A stretch of DNA of 64,000 bases from Cyanidioschyzon merolae (lineage: Eukaryota). The DNA lies in the NCBI GenBank assembly GCA_000091205.1, contig AP006493.2. One strand, 5' to 3'. Made by a program: the position numbers and the translations under genes. The notes under the pieces are model-generated. The model made no database searches and was not told the origin of the DNA. It saw only the letters and a list, made by a program, of their open reading frames with translations. Below, one piece after another: positions 20,713 through 33,125 of this stretch (position 1 is its first letter; each line of letters starts with the position of its first letter).

Positions 20713-23079
20713 CAGTTGATAAAAGCAGAGCGATTTATCGATGCAAACGTTGCTGCGGAGGCTGCGGGTGTGCCGCGGTACCTGCCGAGGTCTCGCTGGC
20801 CGTGCTCACACACGAGCAGATCCCTCCAGCGTCCGCTTGGAACGACGAAAGCTTTCCACCAAACTGGGCATACCCGAGTGCATGGCGGTTATCAATATCC
20901 GGGAAACTGTGCATCATGCGGCACCAGAGCGGCGCTTGTCACCGGCCATTACCCGCAGGTTCCTGCTGGATCGCTCGATACGGCATTCATGTCAGCATAA
21001 AATGGAACAAGCGCTCTAACTCGAGCCTGCACACGAAATCTTGGGACGCTCGTTCCACTGTGATCAACAACCGCCGTTGCATACATTTCTCCTGTTTCGT
21101 TTTTCGCTCTCTAATTTCCGGCTCTAGATCCATTGGTCACTCTTTATCGTCCGGCTCTGCTGCTGGCATTCAGTGGATGATGCTGGTATGGTGCTAGTTC
21201 AGATTTCGCGATAATCCGATGTTGGTCACGCGTTTCACGCACAGGGAGTAGTTGCAATCTACGATTCGTTTCCCATTTTGGACGTTCTTTGCATGCAGCT
21301 TCGGTGTGGCATGCCCAGCTGTGACATTTGACCGTGGAACGGTGCTCGGGCATTTGCATCCTATCTGCTTTTCGAAGCGCTGCAATGAAGCGCGTGAACG
21401 ATTGCTTCTTCGCTCGGTACATGCTCTTGACAAGCACAGAAGGTAGCCGTCGATGTGCGCTTCCGTTTCCGCGCCCAGTGCGGTTCCCTAGGATCAAAAA
21501 TTTCTCCAGGGGGAATGCCCGCAGCGAATTCCCTTTCTGCTGCATGCGTAAGCGCACGCTGATCCGTTCCATGGAGGAGGTTTGGAGCAGGTTATTTTCC
21601 AGGATGACACGAGTATCGGAAGGAAAATTCAGGGTGGCTAACAAATCGAGAAAATCGATTCCTTAGCACATTCTCCGTACAGATCGCTGGCGGGCGCTCC
21701 ACTGGAAGCGATGCCAGTGACGATCAGAGTCCATTACTCGCTTCCACGCGAACAGATGAGACGTGAGTCACTGGGAGCGTATCCCCTGTGTGGTATCATG
21801 CTGCTGTCGAATGCCGTTTCAACGATGTTTACAATGAGCGGAGGATTTGTATTTCGAACGGAATCGCTTATTAGACGTGACATGTTCAGCCAACATTCGA
21901 CATGAGCGTATGAACAAGGCGTCATGCGATGCTGTCGAAATATATATTTCCGCCATCAATCATGCAGTGCGACTAGCTTCGCCCAAGCGTTGCCTTGAAA
22001 CGAAAAAATCGGAAATATGAAGCATGCATGCCCTGAACGTATCACGAGTACGGAAAGCTGAGGCATGCAGACTCGTACGTTTGAATCAGAAAGAACTATC
22101 GGTTAGTTCACGAGCCCTGGTTCGAATGCGTACAGCGGTATCTCGATCGAGACAACGTGGTAAATTTCAGCAGCAAAGCGTCGAAGCAGCCACTGCGCAA
22201 ACACGACCGAGAACTCCTTGGACTACGTAGATATCCTTCGGCCCCTATTGCTGTTCTGAGAACATCGAGCAGTTCCTCAGTAAAAAGTTCGGGGAAAAGC
22301 GCAGGCCAGGATGAACACGAGCTATGCTGAGTTCCATTTTCATCCGAGACAGGTGTGCAGGTGGTAGGGTGTCGAGCCATCAGCGCAGTGCACACACCGC
22401 ACATCGTAAATGAGAAATCCGCTTCGAGCGACCACAAGCGTGTATCGTGACGCGCCTTCCGCACAACCTGTGCCTCGCGTCGTGCGCGGTTAGCTTCCAG
22501 AAAAGCGCGGGTCCGACACCCGCGATGTTCGATGCTCGCTTTGCCGCGAACGCTTCCTGGGTCGGTATGCGGACTTTTGCCGAAGGCCAAGGTGCGCCGT
22601 CGCGACTGGCGCACAAGCCTACAAACAAGTATCGGATGTTGCGTGGATTAGCGGTTTCCGAAAGATATAACCTTCATCATCGGAGCACTTCGCAGAGGGC
22701 CGATCCTGATAAAGGTGCACAAACTACTCGGCTATGCGCCGCAGCGAGCATGCTGCCACGCGGAAACGCTGCCTCTCGTTCAGGTTCTTGCAGTGTGCTT
22801 CCAGAGCGTCCACAGAGACGCAACGCCCGCCACTCGTCACAGACTGTAACTGGCATCAACTCGTCGTCGATCAATGTGGCATGCACCCTTTTTGAGAAAA
22901 ACCCCTTTGCCAAGAACTGCTGTGGATTCGCATGCACACGCTTTGGCTGCGAAACGTACCTGGTGCATGGTCTGGCTGCCTGAGGCGGCACGAGTCTGCA
23001 ACCACTGCGTTGTGCATGCCATGAGCGCAAGCGCCGCGGTCTGGTCCAGTTCGCTCTGGTCGCACCGAGGAACCGGACA

Positions 23080-24228
23080 CTACCTGCAATGATGTCGAAG
23101 CACGATATGCTCCGGTTTGTACTGCGTGATGTCAGGCGACGATACGCCGTATTTTTTTGCAACGAAATTAGCAACTTCCAACTCTTGCAAGCGCGTTTTC
23201 AGCGCTGCGACATTGGCTTCCAGGGAACGGATGTATTCGGCAGCACCCTCGAGGATCGTGGCCCGGTCTGGTTTCCGACCAAACCTGGTTGCATACCCGC
23301 GTACTGCCGGCACCAGACACATGAGCGCGTCTACGCGTGAGGAGATCATGCGGCGACGTTTCTGCTCATGCATCCGATGCGTTTGCCGTGCAGAGTCCCT
23401 TAACCTCTCTCGGTCATTCACAAGCAACGCTTTCGATGATGATCCCGATTCGCCTCGGGATTCATCAGCGCAAGACGTGCTGACCTGTTTCGTCGTCACG
23501 TGATTCGCACAACTGGGGAATGGTCTGTCACTTAATGCATCGCCATCGCATGCAGATGAACCCGACGCTGCAAACGATCCGCGAGTGCCGGTCTCAGAAA
23601 CGCAGTCTGGAGCAGCGATGCCGGCTCTCTGCGTCGCCGACGCCGCACCAGATGCCTGACAGACTTCATTCGTTTCGTTCGGAACGCGCCAAAGATTCGC
23701 AGCACTCTGGCGCTCGCCCGTATGCAGTTGCTCCGGCCAGGTAGAAAGCGCATCCCGCTTTGAAATTCCGCCATTGGTTTCACGCCCGTGTTCCTGAACA
23801 ACATCTTCGTTACTCGGTTGATTCATTACGCCTTCAGCTTCAAGGAGACGAGCTTTCGCGGAGCGCTGCGGACCGTTCTCTGTCCTGTATATCAGTTTCG
23901 GCTCTTTCATAGCCAACGCCGATGCATCTAGCAACAGCTGAAGACTGCTACGTGTCTCGCCGAGACTCAGAGAGCAGGGCTCTACTTCAATGTCTGGCAC
24001 CGAGGAGTCAGAGACTATTGGACGCCACCTTCCCGGAAAGCCCCCAAGTCCAGCCTGACAATGGACACATGTGGCCGCTACATGGGTAGCACCTGTTGAC
24101 GGAGACGACTTGGGCTGAGGCACGGAACTGTAGCTGCGCCAAGCGGGTCGCCCGTCTGGCTCCAACGGCTTTGTCAGGCACGAGACTAGCACACTCGCTT
24201 GCTTGCCTCCCATAACGTGTGACGTCAT
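23080..24228 (-). CDS. Basic helix-loop-helix (bHLH-leucine-zipper-like) transcription factor.
   Basis: 382-aa ORF. The C-terminal region HEQKRRRMISSRVDALMCLVP...GRKPDRATILEGAAEYIRSLEANVAALKTRLQELE matches the bHLH basic region (E-x-x-RRR), helix 1 (L..LVP), loop, and helix 2 (K.DRA.IL..A.EYI..L) followed by a heptad zipper. The N-terminal 280 aa are low-complexity. Confidence 0.75.
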   Translation of the reverse strand: MTSHVMGGKQASVLVSCLTKPLEPDGRPAWRSYSSVPQPKSSPSTGATHVAATCVHCQAGLGGFPGRWRPIVSDSSVPDIEVEPCSLSLGETRSSLQLLLDASALAMKEPKLIYRTENGPQRSAKARLLEAEGVMNQPSNEDVVQEHGRETNGGISKRDALSTWPEQLHTGERQSAANLWRVPNETNEVCQASGAASATQRAGIAAPDCVSETGTRGSFAASGSSACDGDALSDRPFPSCANHVTTKQVSTSCADESRGESGSSSKALLVNDRERLRDSARQTHRMHEQKRRRMISSRVDALMCLVPAVRGYATRFGRKPDRATILEGAAEYIRSLEANVAALKTRLQELEVANFVAKKYGVSSPDITQYKPEHIVLRHHCR

Positions 24229-24495
24229 ACCACAGAAACGAGGCTCCCGGCAACCGAGGGGTGCTCTCGCCTGCCTCAGTACTCGTTAGCGTATACGCAA
24301 ACCCTAGAAACGCTATTCCGCTGTGGCCGTCTCTCACTTGATCGGAAACACAAGCCTCAAACAGCTCCGAGACAAACACAGACACGAAAAATAGTACGCA
24401 CCGCACAGAGGAGGCGCAGCCGACGAGCTCGACAACACTTCGAAAAAACCTACCCTCGTCTCCCTAGTCAAGAAAAACTTTCCTCTCCACCGACT

Positions 24496-25260
24496 TTACC
24501 TCGCTTGCAACGGCCGCACAACACCCACATATCTCCTTTGCATCGTTCTGCAAGCGTTCCACTGCACAGATGCGGTGCTTCTACCGTGAACGCGGGGATT
24601 TCGTTGCGCGGGGATGTCGGAGGCGACGTCGCGGGGCTCACCGGCGCCGTTCCCCGCACGATAGACATCCACGCGGCGGTGGCGCACCAGCGTCGACCAC
24701 CAGTTGCGAGCACGAGCGGCGACGGCGCGTGTTTGCCGTCCCAGCCTCCGATGACGTTTCCGATTGCACGGTGGGGCGGCACGTGCCGCACGCAATCTGG
24801 TGGACGCGAACTGCTGAACACGCTGTTGCATCTCGGTGCAGCGACACGCAGCGCGCTGCAGCCGCGCACGCATCAAAGGATCGCGCGCGCAACGCGGCGG
24901 CGGACACATCGAACGCACCGGCACGTCGGATCGCTGCGGCCTGGCGCGCCGCGATCTCTCGCAGGGCGCGGGCGTCCACGAGGCGCCACCCGCATCACCC
25001 CCGGACTTGGCCTGATCGTCGACCATAGGGGGCCGGGCGACGAGGGCGTACAACGCCGCCGCCGCCGCCGCCGCTGCTGCGAGACGGTGCAACGCATCCT
25101 CCAGTCGTGATTCGAGGCGGCGGGTTGCATGTCCGAAACGCGCGCGCTGTAGCTGGCAGATGGAGCCGTTGCGTGGTACGTCGTTTCTGCGGCCTAGCGC
25201 AGGTAAGCAGCGCTTACGGGATTTGCATTCGGTTACGCTGGCATTGACTCGTGGTTGCAT
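24496..25260. other. Extremely GC-rich island, open in 5 of 6 frames, located 5' of the bHLH gene.
   Basis: Five overlapping Arg/Ala/Pro-rich ORFs on both strands within ~750 bp, containing a (GCC)6-7 run at 25055-25080. Pattern typical of GC-rich non-coding/CpG-island-like sequence rather than real overlapping genes. Confidence 0.6.
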
Positions 25261-27067
25261 GGCCGTCCGTGCCGGATGAGAGGCGGATTTCGTTTATCGC
25301 GCCTCTAATAGTGGTGGCTACGGGGAACGTTGCCTGCCTCTGGGGCTCTCGGGTCGGGCCGCCACACGAGCAGGACGTGTGGGTACCGTGCATCCGGGGC
25401 AGGCGCCTGTAGATCAAGTCATCGGGTCTACGAAAACAGTTGTTATGTGACAGCTACGTTTGTTTCGGGTACGCACAAGCTCAAGTGCGGGCGAGGTCAT
25501 CGATTCCGAAAAGGCGAATGCTAACGATCGCACACGACAGCTCTAGATTGTGTCATTGAATCCGCGCTTCTGGAGCTGATTGCTTCCAGCCATCATGGAC
25601 CAGCACATGCCTGATGTAAACAGCAGTGTCAGTATGGCCAGTCGCCCAGGAGCTGCATCACTAGCGGTTTGTACTCCCTGATTCAAGCGCCTCCGTCGAG
25701 ATGCAATCCTTGGAGGAAACCGGGGAGACATGGACATGAGGTCGGTGTTGCATCGCCGCCGCGATGCGATCTTCGAGAAAAAAACACCAGGGAAATATGC
25801 GCATCGTGTTTGTTTAGAAGCAATACGTGCCGTTGAGGTCACCGCGCAGCCTCCATCAACCTGCCGTGCCGTGCGCAAACCGGCTCGAAACGCAGATTTC
25901 TTGCCTTACATTGTCCACTGACGATCCTACGCTCGCTCAGAGTCGGCATCTTCACTCCATACGACAACACAGAGCTTTCGCTATCTCTTTTTGTTCGCGT
26001 TTTTGCGCCTCGTGCCACAGGTACCAATATCATGCATCGCTGGATTCCGTGGCGATGGCTTTCGCGTTCTCTGCTGACGCCGATTCCGCACGAGTGATGG
26101 GTCTGTAACTCGGTCCACTAGGCCTGTTTCCAACAGAGCGATCATGATCTGCGGCTGGTGCAGAGCGCGTAAGCTGGTCCCAGCCAGGTGACACATTTCC
26201 GAACCGCGCGCCTTGTAAAAAAATCGGTCCTGATCCCAAGCAAATGCCAGCCAATGGTTGTCATCCCCAAAGAACGAGCAACGCTGAGTGTAGAGCGTCA
26301 TCACAGAAGAACATATGCTCGCGTACTCGTCTCAAGTTTGGCCAAACGCCACATACCATATTTTGAGGATCCGATGGTTTTCTGCAGTCCAAATAGATCC
26401 ATCTCACATCAATTTGGCACGATAAAAAGATCGGGTGCACCTGTTCACGGCACGTGATCGTTGTGTCGAATCAGCTACCTCTGGATACATGCGTACATTA
26501 CGGGCATCGCGTTCGCAATGCCGAGCTTTCGGTGCCGGGGACTCTAGTACATCCGGAACGCGGTCCCTGAGTCGCATCGATCTTGTGCGCTTCCCAACGG
26601 TGCCGGCCTGCTATCGATCCAGAGCGGTAACGCGTTCAGACTAGCCGCAGCGTTCAGCATGTCTGCGACAGGCCATAGCACAGCAGCTTCACTCACGAGC
26701 GTAGCCACATGTCGTATGAAGAGGTCCGCCACTAGATTCTCGCTTGCGTCACCAGAGCAGCGGAACTAGTCTCTTGCAACAGCGACGGCATGTGTAGACC
26801 GGCTGCATCCCCAGAGTCCCACGGGTCGTCTACCGTGTTAGCGAATTCGAAGGACGGTACGATCCCCGGAATCATAGTGCAAATCAACGATGCGGATGCA
26901 GCGAAGCGCCGAGAAAATCCTATCGAAGAGCTGACCAGTGGAGGTATCGGCAAAGCACCACGGGTAAACACATTCCGGGATCGTTGCTGACGCGTGCCTC
27001 GGAGGTGTTGCGAGATGCACCTCGGCAAAAAATGAGCCTACTTTCATCGCGGCATGCATCCATTGCC

Positions 27068-28588
27068 TCAAAAGTCTAGATCTAGTCGAAAATCGTTCTC
27101 TCCAACACCAGATGGCTGGAAAGTCATCACACCCGCCTTTTGGTATTCGCCGACTCTACGTTCGAAGAAGTTGGTTTTCCCATTAAGGGAAATCAGTTCC
27201 ATCCAGTCAAACGGATTTTCTACTCGATACACAGGATCTACATGCAGCGCCACTAATAATCGATCAGCGCAGAACTCTATGTATTGCTGCATCAGCGTGC
27301 TGTTCATCCCAATGAGATTCACCGGAAGTGCTTCCCGAACAAAAGCCCGTTCCTGCTCGACAGCATCGCATATTATAGCGCGGATCAGAACATCCGGCGG
27401 CTTGTATCGCAACATGTGGAACACATGACACGCAAAGTCGCAGTGAAGGCCTTCGTCCCTACTGATGAGCTCATTGCTGAACGTTAAACCTGGCATGAGG
27501 CCTCGTTTCTTCAACCAGAAGATTGCACAGAACGATCCACTGAAAAATATGCCTTCAACGGCGGCAAAAGCGATCAGGCGTTCCGCGAAAGAGGCGTCGC
27601 TCCCGACCCATCGGAGCGCCCATTCAGCCTTTCGTCGAACGCACGGTAGCGTATCAATTGCGCGGAAGAGTCGATCCTTCTCAGTCGTTTCTTTGATGAA
27701 AGTGTCGATCAACAGGCTGTACATCTCTGAGTGAATGTTTTCCATCGCCATTTGGAACATGTAAAAGGACCTTGCTTCCGACAGTTGCACCTCTGTACTA
27801 AAACGTAGTGCCAAGTTCTCATTCACGATGCCGTCTGATGCAGCGAAGAACGCGAGAACGTAGGTGATGAAATGTTTCTCACCCGACGTGAGCCTAGACC
27901 AGTCCCGCAAATCCTGTTGTAGATCGACTTCCTCCACTGTCCAGAACGAAGCGACAGCGCGCTTGTAAAAGGACCAGGTTTCCGGATAGCGTATGGGAAA
28001 AAGTACGAAGCGATTGGTGCTCGCCATGAGAAGCGGCTCTGACTTCTCGCAGGTGCGCAACCATTCGCGAATCTTCAAAAGCTCCTTCCGCGACACAAGG
28101 AAGCTCCGCGCTTCCCCTTCCTCGCCACGAAAGTGCGTTTCCGATTTTATCAAATCCGAATGCATTTCAGCGTCCACGAAACTTTCGAGCACCTCTTCTG
28201 TTGCGTTCCGAGGCGACACCGGTGCCTCTGCGCTACTCTCCGCTGGAAGACTGCGCCCGGACGAACCAGCAGCAGCACCAGCAGCAGCGCTGTTCGCCTC
28301 GGAACTCAAGTTCCACTTACTTGCACCTTTCAGCTGCGCTTCAGAAGCTGCGTGAACATGCGCGTTTTGTCCCAGTGAAAAGTGCTCCTTGGTGAGCGCG
28401 GCCGCCGTTCTTGATCCTAACGCTGCGTCGTAGCGCAGTGAAGTCGCCATAAGCGGAGACTCGCTGGCGGATGACGTTCCAGATTCGCAGTCTGAGGTTG
28501 ACGCCGACTCAAACAGCACCATGCAGCACCGCTGCGAAGAAGCTGCTCGTGTTGAGTCTCCCTCGCGCACGCGTCCGCGGGAGAACAA
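27068..28588 (-). CDS. RNR2: Ribonucleoside-diphosphate reductase small subunit (R2/RNR2), with a ~180-aa low-complexity N-terminal extension.
   Basis: The C-terminal 320 aa are colinear with class Ia R2: [27 protein letters not shown], di-iron/tyrosyl site region [45 protein letters not shown], and a C-terminal tail. Confidence 0.92.
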   Translation of the reverse strand: MFSRGRVREGDSTRAASSQRCCMVLFESASTSDCESGTSSASESPLMATSLRYDAALGSRTAAALTKEHFSLGQNAHVHAASEAQLKGASKWNLSSEANSAAAGAAAGSSGRSLPAESSAEAPVSPRNATEEVLESFVDAEMHSDLIKSETHFRGEEGEARSFLVSRKELLKIREWLRTCEKSEPLLMASTNRFVLFPIRYPETWSFYKRAVASFWTVEEVDLQQDLRDWSRLTSGEKHFITYVLAFFAASDGIVNENLALRFSTEVQLSEARSFYMFQMAMENIHSEMYSLLIDTFIKETTEKDRLFRAIDTLPCVRRKAEWALRWVGSDASFAERLIAFAAVEGIFFSGSFCAIFWLKKRGLMPGLTFSNELISRDEGLHCDFACHVFHMLRYKPPDVLIRAIICDAVEQERAFVREALPVNLIGMNSTLMQQYIEFCADRLLVALHVDPVYRVENPFDWMELISLNGKTNFFERRVGEYQKAGVMTFQPSGVGENDFRLDLDF

Positions 28589-30243
28589 TGCTTCACTCGA
28601 CTGGGCAGGCGTCGTACGGTGGTGCGCAGCGCCTCGCCCGGCGACTCATGCCGGCGTCGGCATGATTTGCGACAAATCGAACTTGCATCCACAATGGCTC
28701 TGCCACGCTGCGGGTTGTTTTCTCTTTCGTTGGCAAAACGTATCCTAGGTCCATGGAAACGTGTTGTCATCGAAAAAAATCGGCGGCTGCGACTGCCTCA
28801 GTGCCTGATGTGTTGTGCGTCGATCATGCGCTGCGCGAAAAGCTCGGCTCTAGCGCAAACGGTGCTGCAACTCGCTAGCTGGGACTGTTTCCATATCGGG
28901 TGTTGACATGCGGTTCAGTCATCAGCAGTGCCATTACCTCCTACTGGTCTTTTCTGGTGTACGATCGACTGATATCATTAGTGTCCGTTGGGTGGTCAAT
29001 TGCGATCACCGTTGAGAAAGCAGAGCCCCGCGCTCCTTTCCCGAGTTCATTCTGAATTCCGATAACCCCAGATCAAATTTCCAGTCAGGCGGCGGGGTAA
29101 GATCCGGCGATCCGTCGGGTGACTGCTCCTCCACTCTAATCGGACGGGAGCAACGCACTGAACGAATCGGTCTGATCCGGCCTGTCTGTCTTTCTCCAAA
29201 CTTTGCCTGTGATGTGCAGCATCGACAATTGAAATGCAGAGAACAGGGCTTATCAACGAAGATGCAGTTTTTGCATTTTCAGTCGTGTTTTCGCAAGTGT
29301 GCCTTCGGCGCTTTGTCTGTGGAATGCGGTACGTCACCAGAGTCATGATGGCTTGCAACGTCATCGAACAAGCGCATGTAGAACAACAGCTATCATGATT
29401 CATTTCGTAATCAGAAGCTTCCACTCCTCTCCTAACCTAACGTGGAGCATGTTCAAATCACGCATGCTTTCCAGTTCTCGGTCTTGCTGGCTCAAAGCGA
29501 AGCGCGGGCGCAGCACTTGGCGCCGCTGAACTGGCGACGAAAAAAATCGATGGCTCTCCTTGACGGCCTGTTTACACGCTCTTTCTGAAACTTTGCGAGG
29601 CTTGACATCTCAAATAATTGAATCATTCCAAAGCACATATCTTCCTCTCTTGTTGGCCGTCCGAGGGGCTGCATTCGACAGCAGCATCGTGCCTTGCTAC
29701 GTATATACGCGCAAGGGCTCCCGTATTTTCTGTTTGCATGGAAAAAGGTCTTAGACCCGGACATGAGTCATCACCACAATTGTCTCAAGTCGAACGTGTG
29801 CCACCGCGTTACACAAAACGGACGAAGAGTGATTGGAATTCCTCGACTTGATCTGTAGCCTGGATTCTGCTTCCGATACGTTTTTTTTCTGACGGAAAAC
29901 GTCGACTTACTCAAATTCTGTATCGAATCGAGACGCCTACGCATGCGCTTGCAAAGAACAGCCTACTCGCCGAGCAGGTCGCCAAGAAGCGTCTGATCGA
30001 AGGGCACGGCACCGGGCGCGCAAACGCCGAAGGACATCAATCGCAGGCTTCTGTACTCCTCAAGGCCATGACCCGAGCAATAAAGCAAGCATTCGCCCAG
30101 GATGAAACCGATTTTGGAGGAGGAGAACAGGTGAATATATGGGAACAACTGATCTCATTCAAGAACAACCGCTGCAAAGGTCGCCTTGTCGTCGAATGCA
30201 CGTGCGAAGAAAATCGCATGCCATTCTTAGACCGCAAGCATCG

Positions 30244-30472
30244 CCTGTGCATCGGATACGTCAACAACAACAGCTCTACTAGCAGAATCGGGACGTGAAC
30301 ACCGCCTTCCACATCCGCTGACTACGAACAACGGAGCTGCATAGATAGGAAAGACCACCATACGGCCTGTGCATCGGATACGTCAACAACAACAGCTCTA
30401 CTAGCAGAATCGGGACGTGAACACCGCCTTCCACATCCGCTGACCACGAACAACGGAGCTGCATAGACAGGA
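30244..30472. repeat. Tandem duplication of an ~122-bp unit (2 copies; the second is slightly truncated).
   Basis: Direct read: cctgtgcatcggatacgtcaacaacaacagctctactagcagaatcgggacgtgaacaccgccttccacatccgctgac(t/c)acgaacaacggagctgcatagat(a/c)gga occurs twice with period 122. Confidence 0.9.
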
Positions 30473-30778
30473 GAGCCTGGCACATGGAAATTCAGATAGA
30501 TGCGACAAAACAACCATGCAGTCATGGCAAGTATACCCGCAAAGGCAGGCGCTGATGACACTCGGAAGAAACCCAAACTCTAGTGTGCACAGCCGAGTCA
30601 GCAGAGTCGACCCATTCCACGTTGGGCGGACAAGAATGTACCGCAGGCGCTCGTTCCATCACTGGATGCGCTGCTGCCGCAGTCGCTAAGAGAAGTGCGC
30701 GCCCAGCCCGCAGCGCACATCGATGAATACAGCGCTGTTGCGCCGCCGTCGATCGACGGACACGGCGTTGCGTCGACA

Positions 30779-30836
30779 GCCGCAGCAGCACCCGCAGCAG
30801 CAGCAGCACCCGCAGCAGCAGCAGCAGCAGCAGCCG
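30779..30836. repeat. Imperfect CAG-rich microsatellite, (CAGCAGCACCCG)/(CAG)n.
   Basis: Direct read: gcagcagcacccgcagcagcagcagcacccgcagcagcagcagcagcagcagcc. Confidence 0.85.
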
Positions 30837-31052
30837 TTACGCGTACGCAAGCGCAATTGCTGCTGCCATTACGTCTGCCTCTCCAGCGCTTTTCTAAACC
30901 GCTGTTGCACCTCGGTCAACAACGATTGTCCTCCTACCATCAAACAGGTAGCACCTTTGCTGCTCGGGGAACTATATATCATAAGATTCTGTTGTGAATA
31001 AACAGAAGTTGGGAGCACTCGAGCAGCACCTGGGATACGGGTTCGTTGAGCG

Positions 31053-33125
31053 GTGCTGCGGCATAACCGCAGGAACGGAGCACGTATGAGTGCGACCAAA
31101 GTCGAGCCAAACCCGGCTGCGGACTCTTCGCGATCCCTCGTAGTCATGGGGAGGCTACCTAGTGACGCTGATGCGGGGTCGCGCTCAACGCAATCGCTGC
31201 GTTCGGCCGAGGGGCGGCGGAAGGTGCTCCGCTGGCTCCAGGCGTCCGGTTGGTGGCACCCCGTAGACAAGCGCTGGGATAGCACGGCGAGCACGCTCGA
31301 CGACGTCGATGAACGTTACTTGTCTCCGTGTTGTTCTTCACGGAAAGTTGCTCGTGTGGAAAACGAGAAACTTACGCAACCGGGCAGTGGCGCAGAGGAC
31401 AATCCTCTTCAGCGTCATCTTTGCAAAGACGGTGCCCTGTCACCGAACTCGAGACCTTCAAACTGGGAAACACTGGATTTCCCGCAGCTGCCAGCGCACA
31501 TACTATCGATTTTATCGCGAGCGGAGGAGGAGCTGATGAAGAGCAGCCATAAGAACAAGAGCGTGGAAATCGGAGACACCGTATCACTGGACCCTGATGA
31601 TGCTGACTGTCGATGCCGCGATCAATCCGCTCAATCCACGACTGAAAGCCAAACACCAGAGAAAGCGAAATGCACGGCGTTGATACCACTAGACCATAAT
31701 TCCGAGGCCTTCGATCCTGAAGGCGATCTCGGTCACACATCAAAAGCGGTTGAAAACGAGGCATGCCCTGCGTACTTGCCGGACGCGAGCTCACGGGTAT
31801 CAACACCAGCCCAACCGCGAAGGCGTTTAACAGGTGCACAGCGACGGCGATTCGATCGGGCATGTGAAGCTGCCCAGCAACTCTTGTTTCGACACGATTG
31901 GAAGTCTGTATCACAACAAACGAAAGAAACCGCCATGATATCAAGAACCGAGGTATCTCCGCAGACTCCGAATCTGTCGCCGTTGTCTGCAGACCGCCTG
32001 TCGCCAACGAAGCGGCGACGACGTGCTCACGCAGCCGCGGTAGTGACACCAGAGCCCAAGTCGTCCGTGCGTGCTAAATGGCCGGCTGTCGTTCCAGCGC
32101 AACGACGTCTCTGCTTTGAAAGCTCATCTGAATCGAATTCGAGCGAATTCCTCGAAAGCGAAGAAGAAACCGTGACAGAGGAAAGCAGTACCACCTCCAG
32201 CGCGGATGTGGCTGGATCCATGACCAGCCCGCTGGTGCGCGCACGCCATACACCGGTGTCTCTGCGTGCCGCACAGCCTTCGAGTGCTCTTTCGAGATCC
32301 ACTGCAACCCAACGGGCACGTCAGCGACGCTCCAAGTCAGAGGATGCGTCCGGTGCGACGCTCCAGGGCGAGCATGACAAGATCCAGCGCATTTCCCGAC
32401 AGCGGCCCAAGTCAAGCGGGCGCAATCGGGGATCCTCTGCCAACCGGGGAAACAGGGAGCCAGCCGAGCGCGCAACACGATCAACGAACACTCGCGAGGC
32501 CTCGCCTAATAAGCGGAATGCCCGCGCAAACACCACGAACGAAATGATTGCAGACGAATCCAGTGCTGTTACCTCGACAGCCAAGTCCATGCGTCGCGGA
32601 AGCGCGCAAAAGTCAGAGGCAGCGAAAAAGTCTCCACAACGGACGCGCGGCGCATCGTTATCCGCTATGCCGAAGGCAGATTCCAAGGCCACAGTGTCGT
32701 CGCATGAGGAGCACGCCCCAGATTACTGGCAAGCGCAGCGAGAGCGAGCATCCGCCCGTCAGGCGGTATTCTACAATGCACGCTACTGGTCCCAGGCCAA
32801 CATGGCAGCATACGTCGCGCGACTGCACACGATTCAGGCACGAACGTATCCGCACCTGAGCGTTTCCCCGTTGCTGCTCACCGGAGCGACACCGCTGAGT
32901 GCGTGCTCGGCGTACCCGCAGCATCCGCTGGTGCAGCACCTACCGGCTGAGGCGTGTCGATTCGACCCGCGAGCCTCCGGTCGAACCGTACCATGCGCAG
33001 CATCGGTACCGGTATCGTCGCTGTATGCCGGTCCAATGGCGAATCAGACACTTGCCCAGAGCGTTTCGACCACCGAGAGTGAGTCTGCTGGGTCCATTCC
33101 ATCGGCTGGGATGCGCACGCCATAG
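31053..33125 (+). CDS. Hypothetical Ser/Arg/Ala-rich, probably nuclear, disordered protein (690 aa). Orphan.
   Basis: Uninterrupted 2.07-kb ORF. Basic clusters such as KRRRRAHAAAV and RRRLTGAQRRRF look like nuclear localisation signals. No recognisable domain. Confidence 0.55.
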   Translation: MLRHNRRNGARMSATKVEPNPAADSSRSLVVMGRLPSDADAGSRSTQSLRSAEGRRKVLRWLQASGWWHPVDKRWDSTASTLDDVDERYLSPCCSSRKVARVENEKLTQPGSGAEDNPLQRHLCKDGALSPNSRPSNWETLDFPQLPAHILSILSRAEEELMKSSHKNKSVEIGDTVSLDPDDADCRCRDQSAQSTTESQTPEKAKCTALIPLDHNSEAFDPEGDLGHTSKAVENEACPAYLPDASSRVSTPAQPRRRLTGAQRRRFDRACEAAQQLLFRHDWKSVSQQTKETAMISRTEVSPQTPNLSPLSADRLSPTKRRRRAHAAAVVTPEPKSSVRAKWPAVVPAQRRLCFESSSESNSSEFLESEEETVTEESSTTSSADVAGSMTSPLVRARHTPVSLRAAQPSSALSRSTATQRARQRRSKSEDASGATLQGEHDKIQRISRQRPKSSGRNRGSSANRGNREPAERATRSTNTREASPNKRNARANTTNEMIADESSAVTSTAKSMRRGSAQKSEAAKKSPQRTRGASLSAMPKADSKATVSSHEEHAPDYWQAQRERASARQAVFYNARYWSQANMAAYVARLHTIQARTYPHLSVSPLLLTGATPLSACSAYPQHPLVQHLPAEACRFDPRASGRTVPCAASVPVSSLYAGPMANQTLAQSVSTTESESAGSIPSAGMRTP

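Noticed and set aside
20311-21000. 229-aa plus-strand ORF overlapping the TatB-like gene.
   Set aside because: Arg/Ala/Ser-rich with no motif, and it includes the (GCA)9 microsatellite. Typical GC-rich antisense shadow ORF. The opposite strand carries the recognisable TatB pattern.
22090-22130. tRNA-like T-loop sequence ggttcgaatgcg.
   Set aside because: The flanking bases (ccctg / tgcgt) cannot form the 5-bp T-stem, and no acceptor or D-arm can be drawn. Not a tRNA.
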